From a virus: a stretch of DNA of 29,821 bases. Below the pieces are notes generated by a model, which did no database searches, was not told the origin of the DNA, and saw only the letters and a program-made list of their open reading frames with translations. The stretch lies in the IMG/VR virus record IMGVR_UViG_3300017748_000071. One strand, given 5' to 3'. This document shows, one piece after another, positions 12,783-22,248 of this stretch. A program made the translations under genes and the position numbers. Position 1 is the first letter of the stretch. Every line of letters starts with the position of its first letter.

Positions 12783-14155
12783 TGCGATTTCTTGAATACC
12801 AGCATCCCGATTATGATCAGAATCAAGAGCGATGGGAGCTGTATTTGCGCTCATACATGGGCGGTGAGGATTACCAAGCAGGTTCATATCTGACTGGGTA
12901 TCTCAACGAATCAAAAGACGATTACAACCGTCGCATCTCACTCACTCCGGTAGATAACCACTGCCGAAACATTGTTCACATCTATTCATCGTTTCTGTGG
13001 CGTGTGCCGCCGGTCAGAAGTTATAACAGTCTGGCGAATAACCCCGCGCTGCAATCATTCATCAGTGACGCTGATCTTGATGGCATGAACTTTAATTCGT
13101 TTATGAAGCAAGCGCAGATATGGTCATCGGTTTATGGGCACGTTTGGATTCTAGTTGATAAGCCGCAAAGCAACGCGCAGACACGAGCCGAAGAGCTAGA
13201 TCAGGACATTCGACCCTACGTAACGCTATTCACGCCTGAAAACGTATTTGATTGGAAGTATGAGCGCACTCCTAGCGGGCGGTTTGAGCTTACATACCTA
13301 AAGCTGCGTGAGTCAGTAGACCGTGAAGATGCTACAACGACCGTTAGTTATTACAGGCTGTGGCGCAAAGACACCATCGAGTTCTGGAAAGATGACGGCC
13401 ACGCTGAGACAAAGATTGAAGAAGTACCCAATCCATTGGGCAAGATCCCGGCGGCATTCTTACCTGCTGCGCGCAGTGTCGTTCGAGGCGTAGGCATTAG
13501 TGATCTAAGTGACGTTTCGTTAATGCAGAAAGCCATCTATCAAGAGTTAAGCGAGATCGAGCAGCTAATTAGAATCAGTAATCATCCGTCACTGGTTAAG
13601 ACCTATGACGCAGATGCGAGTGCTGGCGCTGGTTCGGTTATTAACTTGCCCGAAGATAGTGATGCAGGACTGAACCCGTATCTGTTACAACCTAGTGGTC
13701 AGAATATCGACTCGATACGCGAATCAATCAAAGACAAGGTTCAGGCTATCAACCGAATGGCTCATATGGGCGCAGTACGAGGAACCGAAGCAATTACGCA
13801 ATCAGGCGTAGCGATGCAGACCGAGTTTCAAATGCTTAACGCAAAACTATCTGAGAAGGCTGATTTGTTAGAGTTAGCCGAAGAGCATGTCTGGACGTAT
13901 TTCTGCAACTGGCTGGGCGTAACCCCTGACGTTGAGGTGTTCTACCCCGATGCGTTTGATCTACGCGATTACGACAAAGAGCTATTGTTCTTGCAGCAAG
14001 TCAGAGCCAGCGGTGTACCGTCTACTACTATGCAGCGTGAAGTTGATAAGCAGATCGCCGATCTAGTGTTAGACGATGAGAAACTAGCAGCGGCGCATAA
14101 CGAGATAGAAGCCGAGACGCGAGTTATAGGGCAGTTTCCCGTACAGGCTGAGTAA
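12782..14155 (+). CDS. Portal protein
   Basis: 457-aa ORF directly after TerL and before the Mu-F-like head protein. ATG 12782 (TAATG overlap, GGTGAGGTGGAG upstream) is preferred over the track's GTG 12773. Confidence 0.8.
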   Translation: MRFLEYQHPDYDQNQERWELYLRSYMGGEDYQAGSYLTGYLNESKDDYNRRISLTPVDNHCRNIVHIYSSFLWRVPPVRSYNSLANNPALQSFISDADLDGMNFNSFMKQAQIWSSVYGHVWILVDKPQSNAQTRAEELDQDIRPYVTLFTPENVFDWKYERTPSGRFELTYLKLRESVDREDATTTVSYYRLWRKDTIEFWKDDGHAETKIEEVPNPLGKIPAAFLPAARSVVRGVGISDLSDVSLMQKAIYQELSEIEQLIRISNHPSLVKTYDADASAGAGSVINLPEDSDAGLNPYLLQPSGQNIDSIRESIKDKVQAINRMAHMGAVRGTEAITQSGVAMQTEFQMLNAKLSEKADLLELAEEHVWTYFCNWLGVTPDVEVFYPDAFDLRDYDKELLFLQQVRASGVPSTTMQREVDKQIADLVLDDEKLAAAHNEIEAETRVIGQFPVQAE

Positions 14156-15030
14156 TGGCCGCAAATGACGATTACGCGGATTTCCTAGAACGCCTGACTG
14201 ATGAACATCAGCGTCGGATGGCTGGGGTATTGCAAACCCTAGAGGGGAACATAACGTCATACGTTAACAGCGCTCCTGATACTGACGGTAAGTTATTCGA
14301 CCTAGAATGGTCGGTACAAGCTAGACAAGAAGTCCGTAGATTGATGGAAGTGGATTTCCTGTCTCAAGTGCAGGGTATCATTGATGAGTATGTAGACGTT
14401 GCCAATAGGCAGTTTGCAATGCTGTCCCAATTTGGGACTTTTACGCGAGTAGCGCCCGAATCTATAGCAGCGTTACAGCAGCTATCGTTTCAAGGTTTCC
14501 AAGCAATAGCTGATCAACAGCTAGACACCCTAGCAACTGGGATATACCAATCCACACTGACAGGCCGAAGCAAAGCGGATCTGATCGTTGAGTTACGCGG
14601 ACAAATTAACGGCGTATATCAGCAATCCGATGATGAAGAAGCTAGGCAACTGGTAGAAGTAGCACAAACAGCTACCGGCAAAAGACAGCAAGATGCAGTC
14701 GATAAACTGCACAACATCTATGCCCGCGACCGATTGGGTAACAATATGCGTCGTTATGCCACGCAGATGGCCAATGACAGCCTAGCCCAGTACAGCGCGT
14801 CGATAACTAAAGCCACCGCTAATGAAGCCGGTGTAACTAAGTTCAAATACTATGGCGACGTTATACGAGACAGCCGACAGTTCTGCCGCGACCATGTAGG
14901 AAAGACGTTCACAGAAGATGAAATCAATGACATCTGGCAAGGTTCTTGGGCTGGCAAGGCACCGGGCGACCCTTTTATCGTTCGGGGCGGGTATAATTGT
15001 CGACATCACTGGTTACCGATAGTGGAGTGA
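14155..15030 (+). CDS. Head morphogenesis protein (Mu gpF / SPP1 gp7 family)
   Basis: C-terminal hallmark ...CRDHVGKTFTEDEI...GGYNCRHHWLPI; position after the portal. Confidence 0.85.
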   Translation: MAANDDYADFLERLTDEHQRRMAGVLQTLEGNITSYVNSAPDTDGKLFDLEWSVQARQEVRRLMEVDFLSQVQGIIDEYVDVANRQFAMLSQFGTFTRVAPESIAALQQLSFQGFQAIADQQLDTLATGIYQSTLTGRSKADLIVELRGQINGVYQQSDDEEARQLVEVAQTATGKRQQDAVDKLHNIYARDRLGNNMRRYATQMANDSLAQYSASITKATANEAGVTKFKYYGDVIRDSRQFCRDHVGKTFTEDEINDIWQGSWAGKAPGDPFIVRGGYNCRHHWLPIVE

Positions 15031-15031
15031 C

Positions 15032-15298
15032 ATGAGTAAAGAACTAGATCGCGCAGCAAACCTATGCGCTAGAAGGCCCATCCCGCCAGCTATTCGACAA
15101 CTAATCGAACCGCTAGAAGCTGCTGCACCGGATAGCGAGGTTGATGACTTCAAAGAATTACACGCAGTGATTGATGAATTGCTACCAATTGAGAACCCTA
15201 AAGGGAGAAAGAAACGTGCCAAGTCATTACAACAACCCGCAATCGAAGATGAAAAAGAAAAAGAAGAAGAAGTCGGGCAAGAAAAAGTAATGGATTGA
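15032..15298 (+). CDS. Hypothetical acidic protein (88 aa)
   Basis: ORF track; C-terminal Glu/Lys-rich low-complexity region. Confidence 0.5.
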   Translation: MSKELDRAANLCARRPIPPAIRQLIEPLEAAAPDSEVDDFKELHAVIDELLPIENPKGRKKRAKSLQQPAIEDEKEKEEEVGQEKVMD

Positions 15299-15352
15299 AC
15301 ATAACTCTATGGGTTACACTCGGCGTGTTACTCATTAGAGGATAATCGTTAC

Positions 15353-16012
15353 ATGAGCGAAGAAATCATGGATGAAGGTGTCGAGACTGAGGCGACCGAA
15401 ACCACTCAGGAAAATAAGACGTTCACGCAAGAGGAACTAGACCGCATTGTTGCTGATCGCATAGCGCGAGAACGCAGGAAAGCGGACAAGAAACTCGAAG
15501 GTATCGACATAGATGAAGCCCGTAAACTCATGCAAGAGCGTGAACAGGCTGAAATAGAACGCCAGAAAGAACGCGGCGAATTCGAGTCGATCCTAAAGCA
15601 GACCGTCGAGAAGAAAGATCAAGAGATCACGGCGTACAAGCAGAAGCTACAACAAACACTGGTCGATGGATCATTGTTAAGCGCAGCGAGTAAGCATGAC
15701 GCAGTATCGCCTGATCAGGTATCGCAGTTACTAAAGAACCGAGTTCGACTAGCCGAGGACGGTGGGGTCGAGGTACTCGATGATTCTGGAACACCGCGAT
15801 ATAACGGAAGCGGCGACCCGCTATCGGTAGATGAGTTTGTGGTCGATTTCCTAACGGCTAATCCGCATTTTGTTCGCGCCTCTGGTGGAGGGGCGGGCAG
15901 TCAGGGTAACGCTGGTGGCTCTACTCCGAAGCCTGTATCGGTGGCTGATATGGTCGAAAACTGGAACAGTGGCGGTAAGGAAGCATATGCCGCGCTGAAG
16001 AAAGCGAAGTGA
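15353..16012 (+). CDS. Capsid scaffolding protein
   Basis: Position just before the major capsid gene. Highly charged helical sequence with FTQEELDRIVADRIARERRKA, typical of DUF4355-type scaffolds. Confidence 0.7.
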   Translation: MSEEIMDEGVETEATETTQENKTFTQEELDRIVADRIARERRKADKKLEGIDIDEARKLMQEREQAEIERQKERGEFESILKQTVEKKDQEITAYKQKLQQTLVDGSLLSAASKHDAVSPDQVSQLLKNRVRLAEDGGVEVLDDSGTPRYNGSGDPLSVDEFVVDFLTANPHFVRASGGGAGSQGNAGGSTPKPVSVADMVENWNSGGKEAYAALKKAK

Positions 16013-16047
16013 CCGAATTAACCATTTTTTAGTTTTGGAGAAACACA

Positions 16048-16881
16048 ATGGCTGCTACTACTAGCACAACCCTAGACGATCTATTTGTCAACATTATCGC
16101 TCAAGCCCGATTCACTGCTGAAGAGCAGTCTTTGATGATGGGCCTTGTAACTCGCTACGACATCGGCGCTGACGCTGGTAAGACAATCCAAGTACCTAAG
16201 TATCCTGCGATTGCTGCCGCTGATTTGACCGAAGGCACTGATATGTCTTCTACAACTGTAAGCACTAGCTCAGTAACCGTTACGGTTGGTGAAGTTGGCG
16301 CTCAGGTTGTATTGACTGACGTTGCTGCAATGGGCGCAGGTAATCCTGCTGAAGAATTGGGTACGGTTCTCGGTAACGCAATCGCCACAAAGATGGATGT
16401 GGACTTGATTGCATTGTTCGACGGCTTTAGTTCTGGTTTAGGCGGTGCTGGAACTGAGATCACTGTAGCTGACCTGTTCAAAGCTGCTGCAACTCTACGC
16501 GCTGCGAAGGTAACTGGCCCAATGGCGGCTGTTGTTCATCCTTTCCAAGCGTATCAGTTGAAGGCTAACCTCACTAATACATTCGCTAATCCGAATGGCG
16601 GTGACGCGCAGAATACTGCTATGGTAAATGCTTATGTCGGCACAATTGCTGGCATCGATGTTTACGAGTCTGCAAACATCACTGTTGATGGTAGCGATGA
16701 CGCTAAAGGCGCTGTATTTGCACCTGAAGCACTCGCTATCGCTATGAAGCGCGACTTCCAAATTGAGCCACAGCGTGACGCATCACTGCGTGCGTTTGAG
16801 CTTAACGCTACTGCCGTTTACGGTGTTGGCGAGTTGGATGACAGCTTCGGTGTTGAGATGCTTTTCGACTCAGCACTCTAA
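16048..16881 (+). CDS. Major capsid protein
   Basis: Position after the scaffold; GGAG RBS; Ala/Thr/Gly/Val-rich 277-aa protein; followed by a strong intrinsic terminator. Confidence 0.85.
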   Translation: MAATTSTTLDDLFVNIIAQARFTAEEQSLMMGLVTRYDIGADAGKTIQVPKYPAIAAADLTEGTDMSSTTVSTSSVTVTVGEVGAQVVLTDVAAMGAGNPAEELGTVLGNAIATKMDVDLIALFDGFSSGLGGAGTEITVADLFKAAATLRAAKVTGPMAAVVHPFQAYQLKANLTNTFANPNGGDAQNTAMVNAYVGTIAGIDVYESANITVDGSDDAKGAVFAPEALAIAMKRDFQIEPQRDASLRAFELNATAVYGVGELDDSFGVEMLFDSAL

Positions 16882-16896
16882 GGCGCACCTTGGGAC

Positions 16897-16923
16897 AGCC
16901 CCGCTTCGGCGGGGTTCGTTTCA
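16897..16923 (+). terminator. Rho-independent terminator or attenuator after the major capsid gene
   Basis: AGCCCCGC-TTCG-GCGGGGTT (8-bp stem with one G-U, UUCG tetraloop) followed by CGTTTC. Confidence 0.7.
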
Positions 16924-16936
16924 TAGAGGGGACAAT

Positions 16937-17224
16937 ATGGCGATTAGTTATCGAGGCGAGCGATTCGAGGGCTACAACAAGCCCAAGCGCACACCTAAGC
17001 ACCCAGACAAAAGTCACGCAGTCCTAGCGAAAGAAGGCGACAAGGTTCGTTTGATTCGTTTCGGACAACAAGGTGCAGATAACAAGCCACCCCGTAAAGG
17101 CGAAAGCGAAGCCGATAAGGCGAAGCGTAGAGCGTTCAAAGCTAGATTTGCAGATCAGATCGAGAAGGGACGCAAAGACAAAACAGCATCAGCCGCATAT
17201 TGGGCTGACAAGGTGAAGTGGTAA
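16937..17224 (+). CDS. Basic Lys/Arg-rich hypothetical protein (95 aa)
   Basis: Internal ATG of ORF 16763..17224 with AGAGGGGA upstream. The longer track ORF would overlap the capsid gene and span the terminator. Confidence 0.6.
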   Translation: MAISYRGERFEGYNKPKRTPKHPDKSHAVLAKEGDKVRLIRFGQQGADNKPPRKGESEADKAKRRAFKARFADQIEKGRKDKTASAAYWADKVKW

Positions 17225-17637
17225 TGGCGTTTTCACAAGATTCAGACTTGGTGGCATTGATACCCGATATTCTGGATTTCGGGATTACTTCATTTGCTAC
17301 TGAACACGCAAAGGCTGAAGCCGACCTGATTAGAACTATTCGTAACGAGTGGTGGCATAAGAAAGGTATCGGCGGCGAGATGAATTCGGCTTATTTAACC
17401 GACTCGCAGTTTACCCGCTGTAACAGCTACTTGGTTTTGTGGAAGTACGCATTACCACAGCTAACCAACTGGGTAGACGGTGACCGATTCAAAGAGATGC
17501 TAGAGTTCTACAAGATGCGCTATGAAGAAGAGATTAGCGACATATTCAAAGATGGCATCGAGTACGATGATGATAACAGCGGCACCATTGATGATGATGA
17601 GAAAGAAATAGTCTCATTCGGTAGGCTGGTTCGCTAA
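17224..17637 (+). CDS. Probable head-tail connector/adaptor protein
   Basis: Position in the neck module; ATG 17224 forms a TAATG overlap; no diagnostic motif. Confidence 0.45.
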   Translation: MAFSQDSDLVALIPDILDFGITSFATEHAKAEADLIRTIRNEWWHKKGIGGEMNSAYLTDSQFTRCNSYLVLWKYALPQLTNWVDGDRFKEMLEFYKMRYEEEISDIFKDGIEYDDDNSGTIDDDEKEIVSFGRLVR

Positions 17638-18071
17638 TGGCTCAGAGCGTTGGATTACAGGTAACGACTACCCCCAAGGATCTGGCGCAAGTTTCAAAGA
17701 AGGCCCAGAAGGGTATTTTGAAGGGCGTACCAAGGGCTGTGCTGCGCACTGGCGTACACGGCATGGGTATCATCAAAGAGCGTACAGCGGACGGTAGAGG
17801 CTATCTGGGGGCGTTTAGAGCGTATTCTCCAGAGTACATGGCGACACTATCGAAAGAAGGCAAGCCAACGTCCCCTGTTGATCTATTTAATACTGGCCAA
17901 ATGCTTAGGTCGATGCAGACTAGGCGCAAAGATAAGCGCACTTCTGAGATATACTTTGACAACAAAGAAGCGGCAGAAAAGGCGGCGATGAATAACAAGT
18001 CGCGCCCGTTCTTTGGCTTCAATCGGCAAGAAGAAAAAGCATTAGGCGTATTTTTTAGGAAGCAACTGTGA
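17637..18071 (+). CDS. Probable head-tail joining protein (HK97 gp10-like / virion-morphogenesis-like)
   Basis: Position; NTGQMLRSM-type motif recalled from that family; TAATG coupling. Confidence 0.5.
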   Translation: MAQSVGLQVTTTPKDLAQVSKKAQKGILKGVPRAVLRTGVHGMGIIKERTADGRGYLGAFRAYSPEYMATLSKEGKPTSPVDLFNTGQMLRSMQTRRKDKRTSEIYFDNKEAAEKAAMNNKSRPFFGFNRQEEKALGVFFRKQL

Positions 18072-18502
18072 GCGTTAGAGAAAACATTGCGACCAATCTG
18101 GTTACATCACTACAGGCCATCACGACGCCCGTAGCTGTTAAGTATGTAACTCGTGAACCGTTCGAGTTCGATAAGTTAAGTAACGCTCAATACCCTGCGA
18201 TTCTTGTTAGAACGCAGAATGAAGATCGTGAAGATTCGACAATCAAGGGCACGTTAACGCAGCGATTTGGAACAGTTGATTATCAACTAGTCTGCTATGT
18301 AAAGGCGTCGGCCATTGATACAGCAAGAAATAACATCATCGAAGCGATAGAAGAGAAATTGGACGTTGATAGAACGCGAGGCGGTCACGCGATTGATACG
18401 CAGATCGTAAGTATTGAGACAGACGATGGTTCTATACATCCCGTCGGAGGTGTTATTATAACGGTACGGATTGAATACCAATTCACCAGAGGCACAACTT
18501 AG
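18068..18502 (+). CDS. Probable tail completion / neck protein
   Basis: Position immediately before the tail tube gene; GTGA coupling. Confidence 0.5.
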   Translation: MSVRENIATNLVTSLQAITTPVAVKYVTREPFEFDKLSNAQYPAILVRTQNEDREDSTIKGTLTQRFGTVDYQLVCYVKASAIDTARNNIIEAIEEKLDVDRTRGGHAIDTQIVSIETDDGSIHPVGGVIITVRIEYQFTRGTT

Positions 18503-18513
18503 AGGATTTCTAA

Positions 18514-18915
18514 ATGGCTACCACAAAAGGTTCAAGCGGCGTTGTAAAGCTCGCTGTAAGCGGCGGCACTGTTGCTGCTATGGGTGAGGTTAGATCCTAC
18601 ACCCTCACACAATCTGCGGACACAATCGAAGACACCACAATGGGTGATACTTCGCGCACATATCAATCATCTTTGAAGACGGGCACTTTATCTGCCGAAG
18701 TCTATTGGGATGACGCGGACGCAGTACAGCTAGTAATGGACGCTGCGGCTTCTATTATCTTCGAGGTCTACCCGACAGGAACAGGCACCGGCGAGAAGTA
18801 TTACACCGGCGGCGGTGTAGTAACTAGCAACGAAATCACTGCATCATTCGACGGAATGGTTGAGGGTTCGTTTGAAGTACAAATCTCAGGCGCGGTAACA
18901 GAAGCAACAGCATAG
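18514..18915 (+). CDS. Major tail (tube) protein
   Basis: 133-aa Thr/Gly/Ser-rich beta-type protein directly upstream of the G/GT chaperone pair and the tape measure; GAGGA RBS. Confidence 0.75.
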   Translation: MATTKGSSGVVKLAVSGGTVAAMGEVRSYTLTQSADTIEDTTMGDTSRTYQSSLKTGTLSAEVYWDDADAVQLVMDAAASIIFEVYPTGTGTGEKYYTGGGVVTSNEITASFDGMVEGSFEVQISGAVTEATA

Positions 18916-18924
18916 GGGTAGCAC

Positions 18925-19275
18925 ATGGGTCTAGCTAAAGAGCTAAGAAACAGACGCACAGTAAACCCTCGCAAGATAAGTGTTGACGCATGGGCTGACT
19001 CGGAAGGGCAGCCCTTTGTTATGTACTGCTTTCCGATTACCTGTTACGACTTAAACGAGTTGCAGAAGAAGCACCCGAAATTCCTAGAGAACACAACGGT
19101 TGCTGCAATGGTTGACCTGATCGTTATGAAAGCGGCGAGCGAAGATGGCGAAAAGCTATTTACTGCCGCCGAGGATCGGGTTGACCTGATGGGCGAAGAG
19201 ACTGCGGTTATATCCGAGATTGCCAATCAAATGTTTGCCGAAATTGAATCGGTTGAGGATGCGGAAAAAAACTGA
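18925..19275 (+). CDS. Tail assembly chaperone (gpG-like)
   Basis: Acidic 116-aa protein between the tail tube and tape measure genes; ends 1 codon after an A_AAA_AAC slippery heptamer. Confidence 0.7.
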   Translation: MGLAKELRNRRTVNPRKISVDAWADSEGQPFVMYCFPITCYDLNELQKKHPKFLENTTVAAMVDLIVMKAASEDGEKLFTAAEDRVDLMGEETAVISEIANQMFAEIESVEDAEKN

Positions 19276-19415
19276 TGTCCGATCCGTCGAGGATGAATCT
19301 CATATCCTTGGCTGATCGGTTACATAAGACAATAGAAGAGGTTGAGCAGATATCCGTTAGCGAATTTAACGAATGGCTCGCCTACTTCAAGATCATAGGC
19401 AAAGACGATGGCTAA
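18925..19415 (+). CDS. Predicted gpGT-like frameshift fusion product (about 162 aa). The extension could also be an independent 46-aa ORF starting at ATG 19275.
   Basis: Hand translation of the -1 frame: ...KKLMSDPSRMNLISLADRLHKTIEEVEQISVSEFNEWLAYFKIIGKDDG*; it overlaps the tape measure start. Confidence 0.5.
19266..19272 (+). promoter_or_regulatory. Candidate -1 programmed frameshift site A_AAA_AAC
   Basis: Zero-frame codons gaa-aaa-aac-tga. The -1 frame stays open from 19272 to the TAA at 19413..19415. Confidence 0.55.
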
Positions 19416-21018
19416 TCAAGACGTTCGCATTTCGATCAAGGCGGTAGATAAAACCAGAGCTGGTTTTTCATCCGTCACGAAAGGGCTGAAGAGCGTAGCC
19501 GGGGCAGTTTTCAGTATGAAAAGCGCGATTGCTAGTGCTGTAGGCATTGGCGGTATCGGCTTGATGATTCAGCAATCCCTAAAAGCCACTGATGCACTCG
19601 CAAAAACTGCTACCCGAATAGGTACGACCACTGAGGCATTAAGCAAGCTGCATTTCGCGGCTGATCTTACAGGCGTATCCACAGATACCATGAACATGGC
19701 ACTACAGCGGTTCACTAGAAGAACCTCTGAGGCTGCGCGTGGTACTGGAGAAGCGCGTGGCGCATTACGTGATCTAAACTTAAATGCTGAAGATTTGCTT
19801 AGATTGCCGCTCGATGAGCAGATGATCAAGCTGGCACAAGCGTTTGATGAAAACATTGATCCAGTTAATCGAACCGCTACGGCGATGAAGTTGTTTGACT
19901 CGGAAGGTGTGGCATTACTGCAAACCCTTGATGGGGGCGCTGAAGCCTTGCGAGGGATGTTCACCGAAGCTGAATTACTCGGCTTGGTAATGGATACCAA
20001 ATTATCCGCTGGCGTAACAGAAGCAAACGACAGCATTACCAGATTGTTTGCTGGTACGAGAGGGTTAGTTCGGCAGTTTACGGCGGCGCTGGCCCCAGCA
20101 ATAACCGCTGTGGTTACGGAATGGCACAATTATGTAGCGGGCTTGGCCGAGGCAGAAGGTGGCTTTAAGAATCTCGCACTAACGTTTGCGACAGATGTTG
20201 TGTCGGCGCTACAGCAAAGCGTCCAATCTATCGCCAATGTGGTCAATTCGTTTATAAGAGGCTTCAACGCAATCAAAGAAGCCTATGCGGGATTCATGGA
20301 CTTCATCGGCAAAGGCGATGGCACATTTGAAGTAACCGCCGAGATAGATGTTTCTGAATTTATAACCAAGCTAGAAAAAGTCAAAGACAAAATAAGCGAG
20401 ATTCAACACGGTGTAAAAGAGGTCGAAAAAGCTACGGTACAGGCTACAAAGCCATCGCTTTGGGCGCAGTTCACCGAGGCAGCTGGTGGCGCGTTGCAGA
20501 ACATCCGAGATGAGATCGGCAGCACTCAGCAAACATTTCAAGCAATGGAAAAGACCGTCGAGGATATTGCTACAAAGGGCATGAAAGACCTTACCGATGG
20601 TTTATATGATGCGGCTGCGAGCACAAAGACTCTAGGCGAAGCGTTTAGAAAGATGGCTGCTGGTATTCTGGAAGATCTGACCAAAATGATTATCAGATAT
20701 TTGATTGTACGTCCTTTGTTTGGAGCGATTACAGGCGGCGCATCAGAGACGTTTACAGGCAAGGCGATAGGTGGATCGGTGCAAGCTGGTAGCCCGTATA
20801 TGGTCGGCGAGCGTGGGCCGGAAATGTTTATTCCTAATTCATCGGGGTCGATTGTTCCTAACGATAAGATGGGCGGCGGTATTACTGTCGTGAATAATGT
20901 TAATGCGTCTGGCGCTGGCCCTGAGGTGGACTTAAAGATCCGAGCGGCTATGCAGCAGACATCGCAGCAGACTATTCTATCCATTCAAGATTTGCTGCGT
21001 AGAAGGCGCTTCGTATGA
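19408..21018 (+). CDS. Tail tape measure protein
   Basis: 536-aa Ala-rich helical protein after the chaperone pair; N-terminal block ...ATRIGTTTEALSKLHFAADLTGVSTDTMNMALQRFTRR... is typical of tape measure proteins. Confidence 0.85.
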   Translation: MANQDVRISIKAVDKTRAGFSSVTKGLKSVAGAVFSMKSAIASAVGIGGIGLMIQQSLKATDALAKTATRIGTTTEALSKLHFAADLTGVSTDTMNMALQRFTRRTSEAARGTGEARGALRDLNLNAEDLLRLPLDEQMIKLAQAFDENIDPVNRTATAMKLFDSEGVALLQTLDGGAEALRGMFTEAELLGLVMDTKLSAGVTEANDSITRLFAGTRGLVRQFTAALAPAITAVVTEWHNYVAGLAEAEGGFKNLALTFATDVVSALQQSVQSIANVVNSFIRGFNAIKEAYAGFMDFIGKGDGTFEVTAEIDVSEFITKLEKVKDKISEIQHGVKEVEKATVQATKPSLWAQFTEAAGGALQNIRDEIGSTQQTFQAMEKTVEDIATKGMKDLTDGLYDAAASTKTLGEAFRKMAAGILEDLTKMIIRYLIVRPLFGAITGGASETFTGKAIGGSVQAGSPYMVGERGPEMFIPNSSGSIVPNDKMGGGITVVNNVNASGAGPEVDLKIRAAMQQTSQQTILSIQDLLRRRRFV

Positions 21019-21614
21019 CCACTTACTCATTCCCGTCGATAACGCCATCAAGCAGTACGTTTGAGCTAGTCAGTAACACTAGAACCTACCGATCACCGCT
21101 GACTAATGCGGTTCAGACTGTAGGGCGCAAGGGTTCGTTATGGCGAGCCACGTTACAGTTCAACAACCTTACAGGCGCAGATCGCGCTGAGATGCAAGCG
21201 TTTGTTACTAAATTGAACGGCCAAGAGCATCGGTTCACGCTACATGATCACTCATACACCCTTCGAGGCGCAGGTGGCGGCACGTTAAGAGTAAACGGCG
21301 CAAGCCAGTCTGGTTCTAGCTTGGTTTGTGATGGCGCGACTGCCAGTGTTACGAATTACCTCAGAGCGGGCGATTACGTTTCGTTTAGTAATGAACTGCA
21401 TATGGTCACGGCTGACGCTAATTCTGACGGTTCTGGGAATCTAACCCTGTCACTGGCACCGCCTATTAGAAAACAACCTGCCGACGATACGATTATTGAC
21501 TACACTGCTCCGGTCAATGGGGTATTCATGCTCGCTAGTCCAGCATCTTGGAATAACCAACCCGGCATCTTTTCTAGCTTTACTATCGAGGCAATTGAGG
21601 ACGTTCTAGCGTGA
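21015..21614 (+). CDS. Minor/distal tail protein (lambda gpM / GTA g12 position)
   Basis: Position directly after the tape measure; ATGA coupling. Confidence 0.6.
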   Translation: MTTYSFPSITPSSSTFELVSNTRTYRSPLTNAVQTVGRKGSLWRATLQFNNLTGADRAEMQAFVTKLNGQEHRFTLHDHSYTLRGAGGGTLRVNGASQSGSSLVCDGATASVTNYLRAGDYVSFSNELHMVTADANSDGSGNLTLSLAPPIRKQPADDTIIDYTAPVNGVFMLASPASWNNQPGIFSSFTIEAIEDVLA

Positions 21615-22246
21615 GCAGAGACTTTCCAACAAACGTATCCAATGCGCTGGTTGCTAATCACGTTGCCACGGTTACGTTCATTAAGCTGGAGTTCTCATCA
21701 GGTACTTTATACCTGCACAACTCAATCGGAACCTACACTTGGGGCGGGCAAGACTGGCTAGGGGTAGGCGATCTTGGTGAAATATCCGCCATAGAAGAAG
21801 GGGCCGAAGTCAGCCCATATAAGATTACGTTAAGCCTGTCTGGTATCGACTCGACTATCAGTAACGCGGCGCTGAATGAAGATTACTACATGCGTCCGGT
21901 TACGTTGTATATCGGGGCGCTCGATGCAAATGATGATCTCTTAGCCAACCCAACGGAAATATGGGCTGGGTTTATGGATCAGATGAACGTATCGCTAGGC
22001 GCTCAAAGCGGCGATGACATAGCACTGATAGCTGAGAGCGAATTAGCGAAGTTTGATCGCGCATCAAATCGTAAATATACCGACGCGAATCAGCAAACCG
22101 CATTCTCTGGCGACCTATTCTTTGGGTTCTTGAAAGATATAGAAGGGGCCAAGATCCAGTGGGGTAGCGCTGGCGAAGAAGGGACTGCGGGGCGTGGTCA
22201 AGACCGACACCATACTGAACGCGAGAATCCCGGAATGTATCATTAG
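21611..22246 (+). CDS. Minor tail protein (lambda gpL / GTA g13 position)
   Basis: Position; GTGA coupling; beta-rich sequence. Confidence 0.6.
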   Translation: MSRDFPTNVSNALVANHVATVTFIKLEFSSGTLYLHNSIGTYTWGGQDWLGVGDLGEISAIEEGAEVSPYKITLSLSGIDSTISNAALNEDYYMRPVTLYIGALDANDDLLANPTEIWAGFMDQMNVSLGAQSGDDIALIAESELAKFDRASNRKYTDANQQTAFSGDLFFGFLKDIEGAKIQWGSAGEEGTAGRGQDRHHTERENPGMYH

Positions 22247-22248
22247 TT

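Noticed and set aside
16763-16936. 5' extension of ORF 16763..17224
   Set aside because: It overlaps the last 119 nt of the capsid gene and runs through the terminator hairpin. ATG 16937 has a good RBS.
19569-20984. Long minus-strand ORFs (186 aa and 148 aa) inside the tape measure gene
   Set aside because: They are antisense shadows of an Ala-rich (GCN) gene. Their products are Ser/Ala/Arg/Cys-rich with no RBS, and the sense-strand gene is clearly a tape measure protein.
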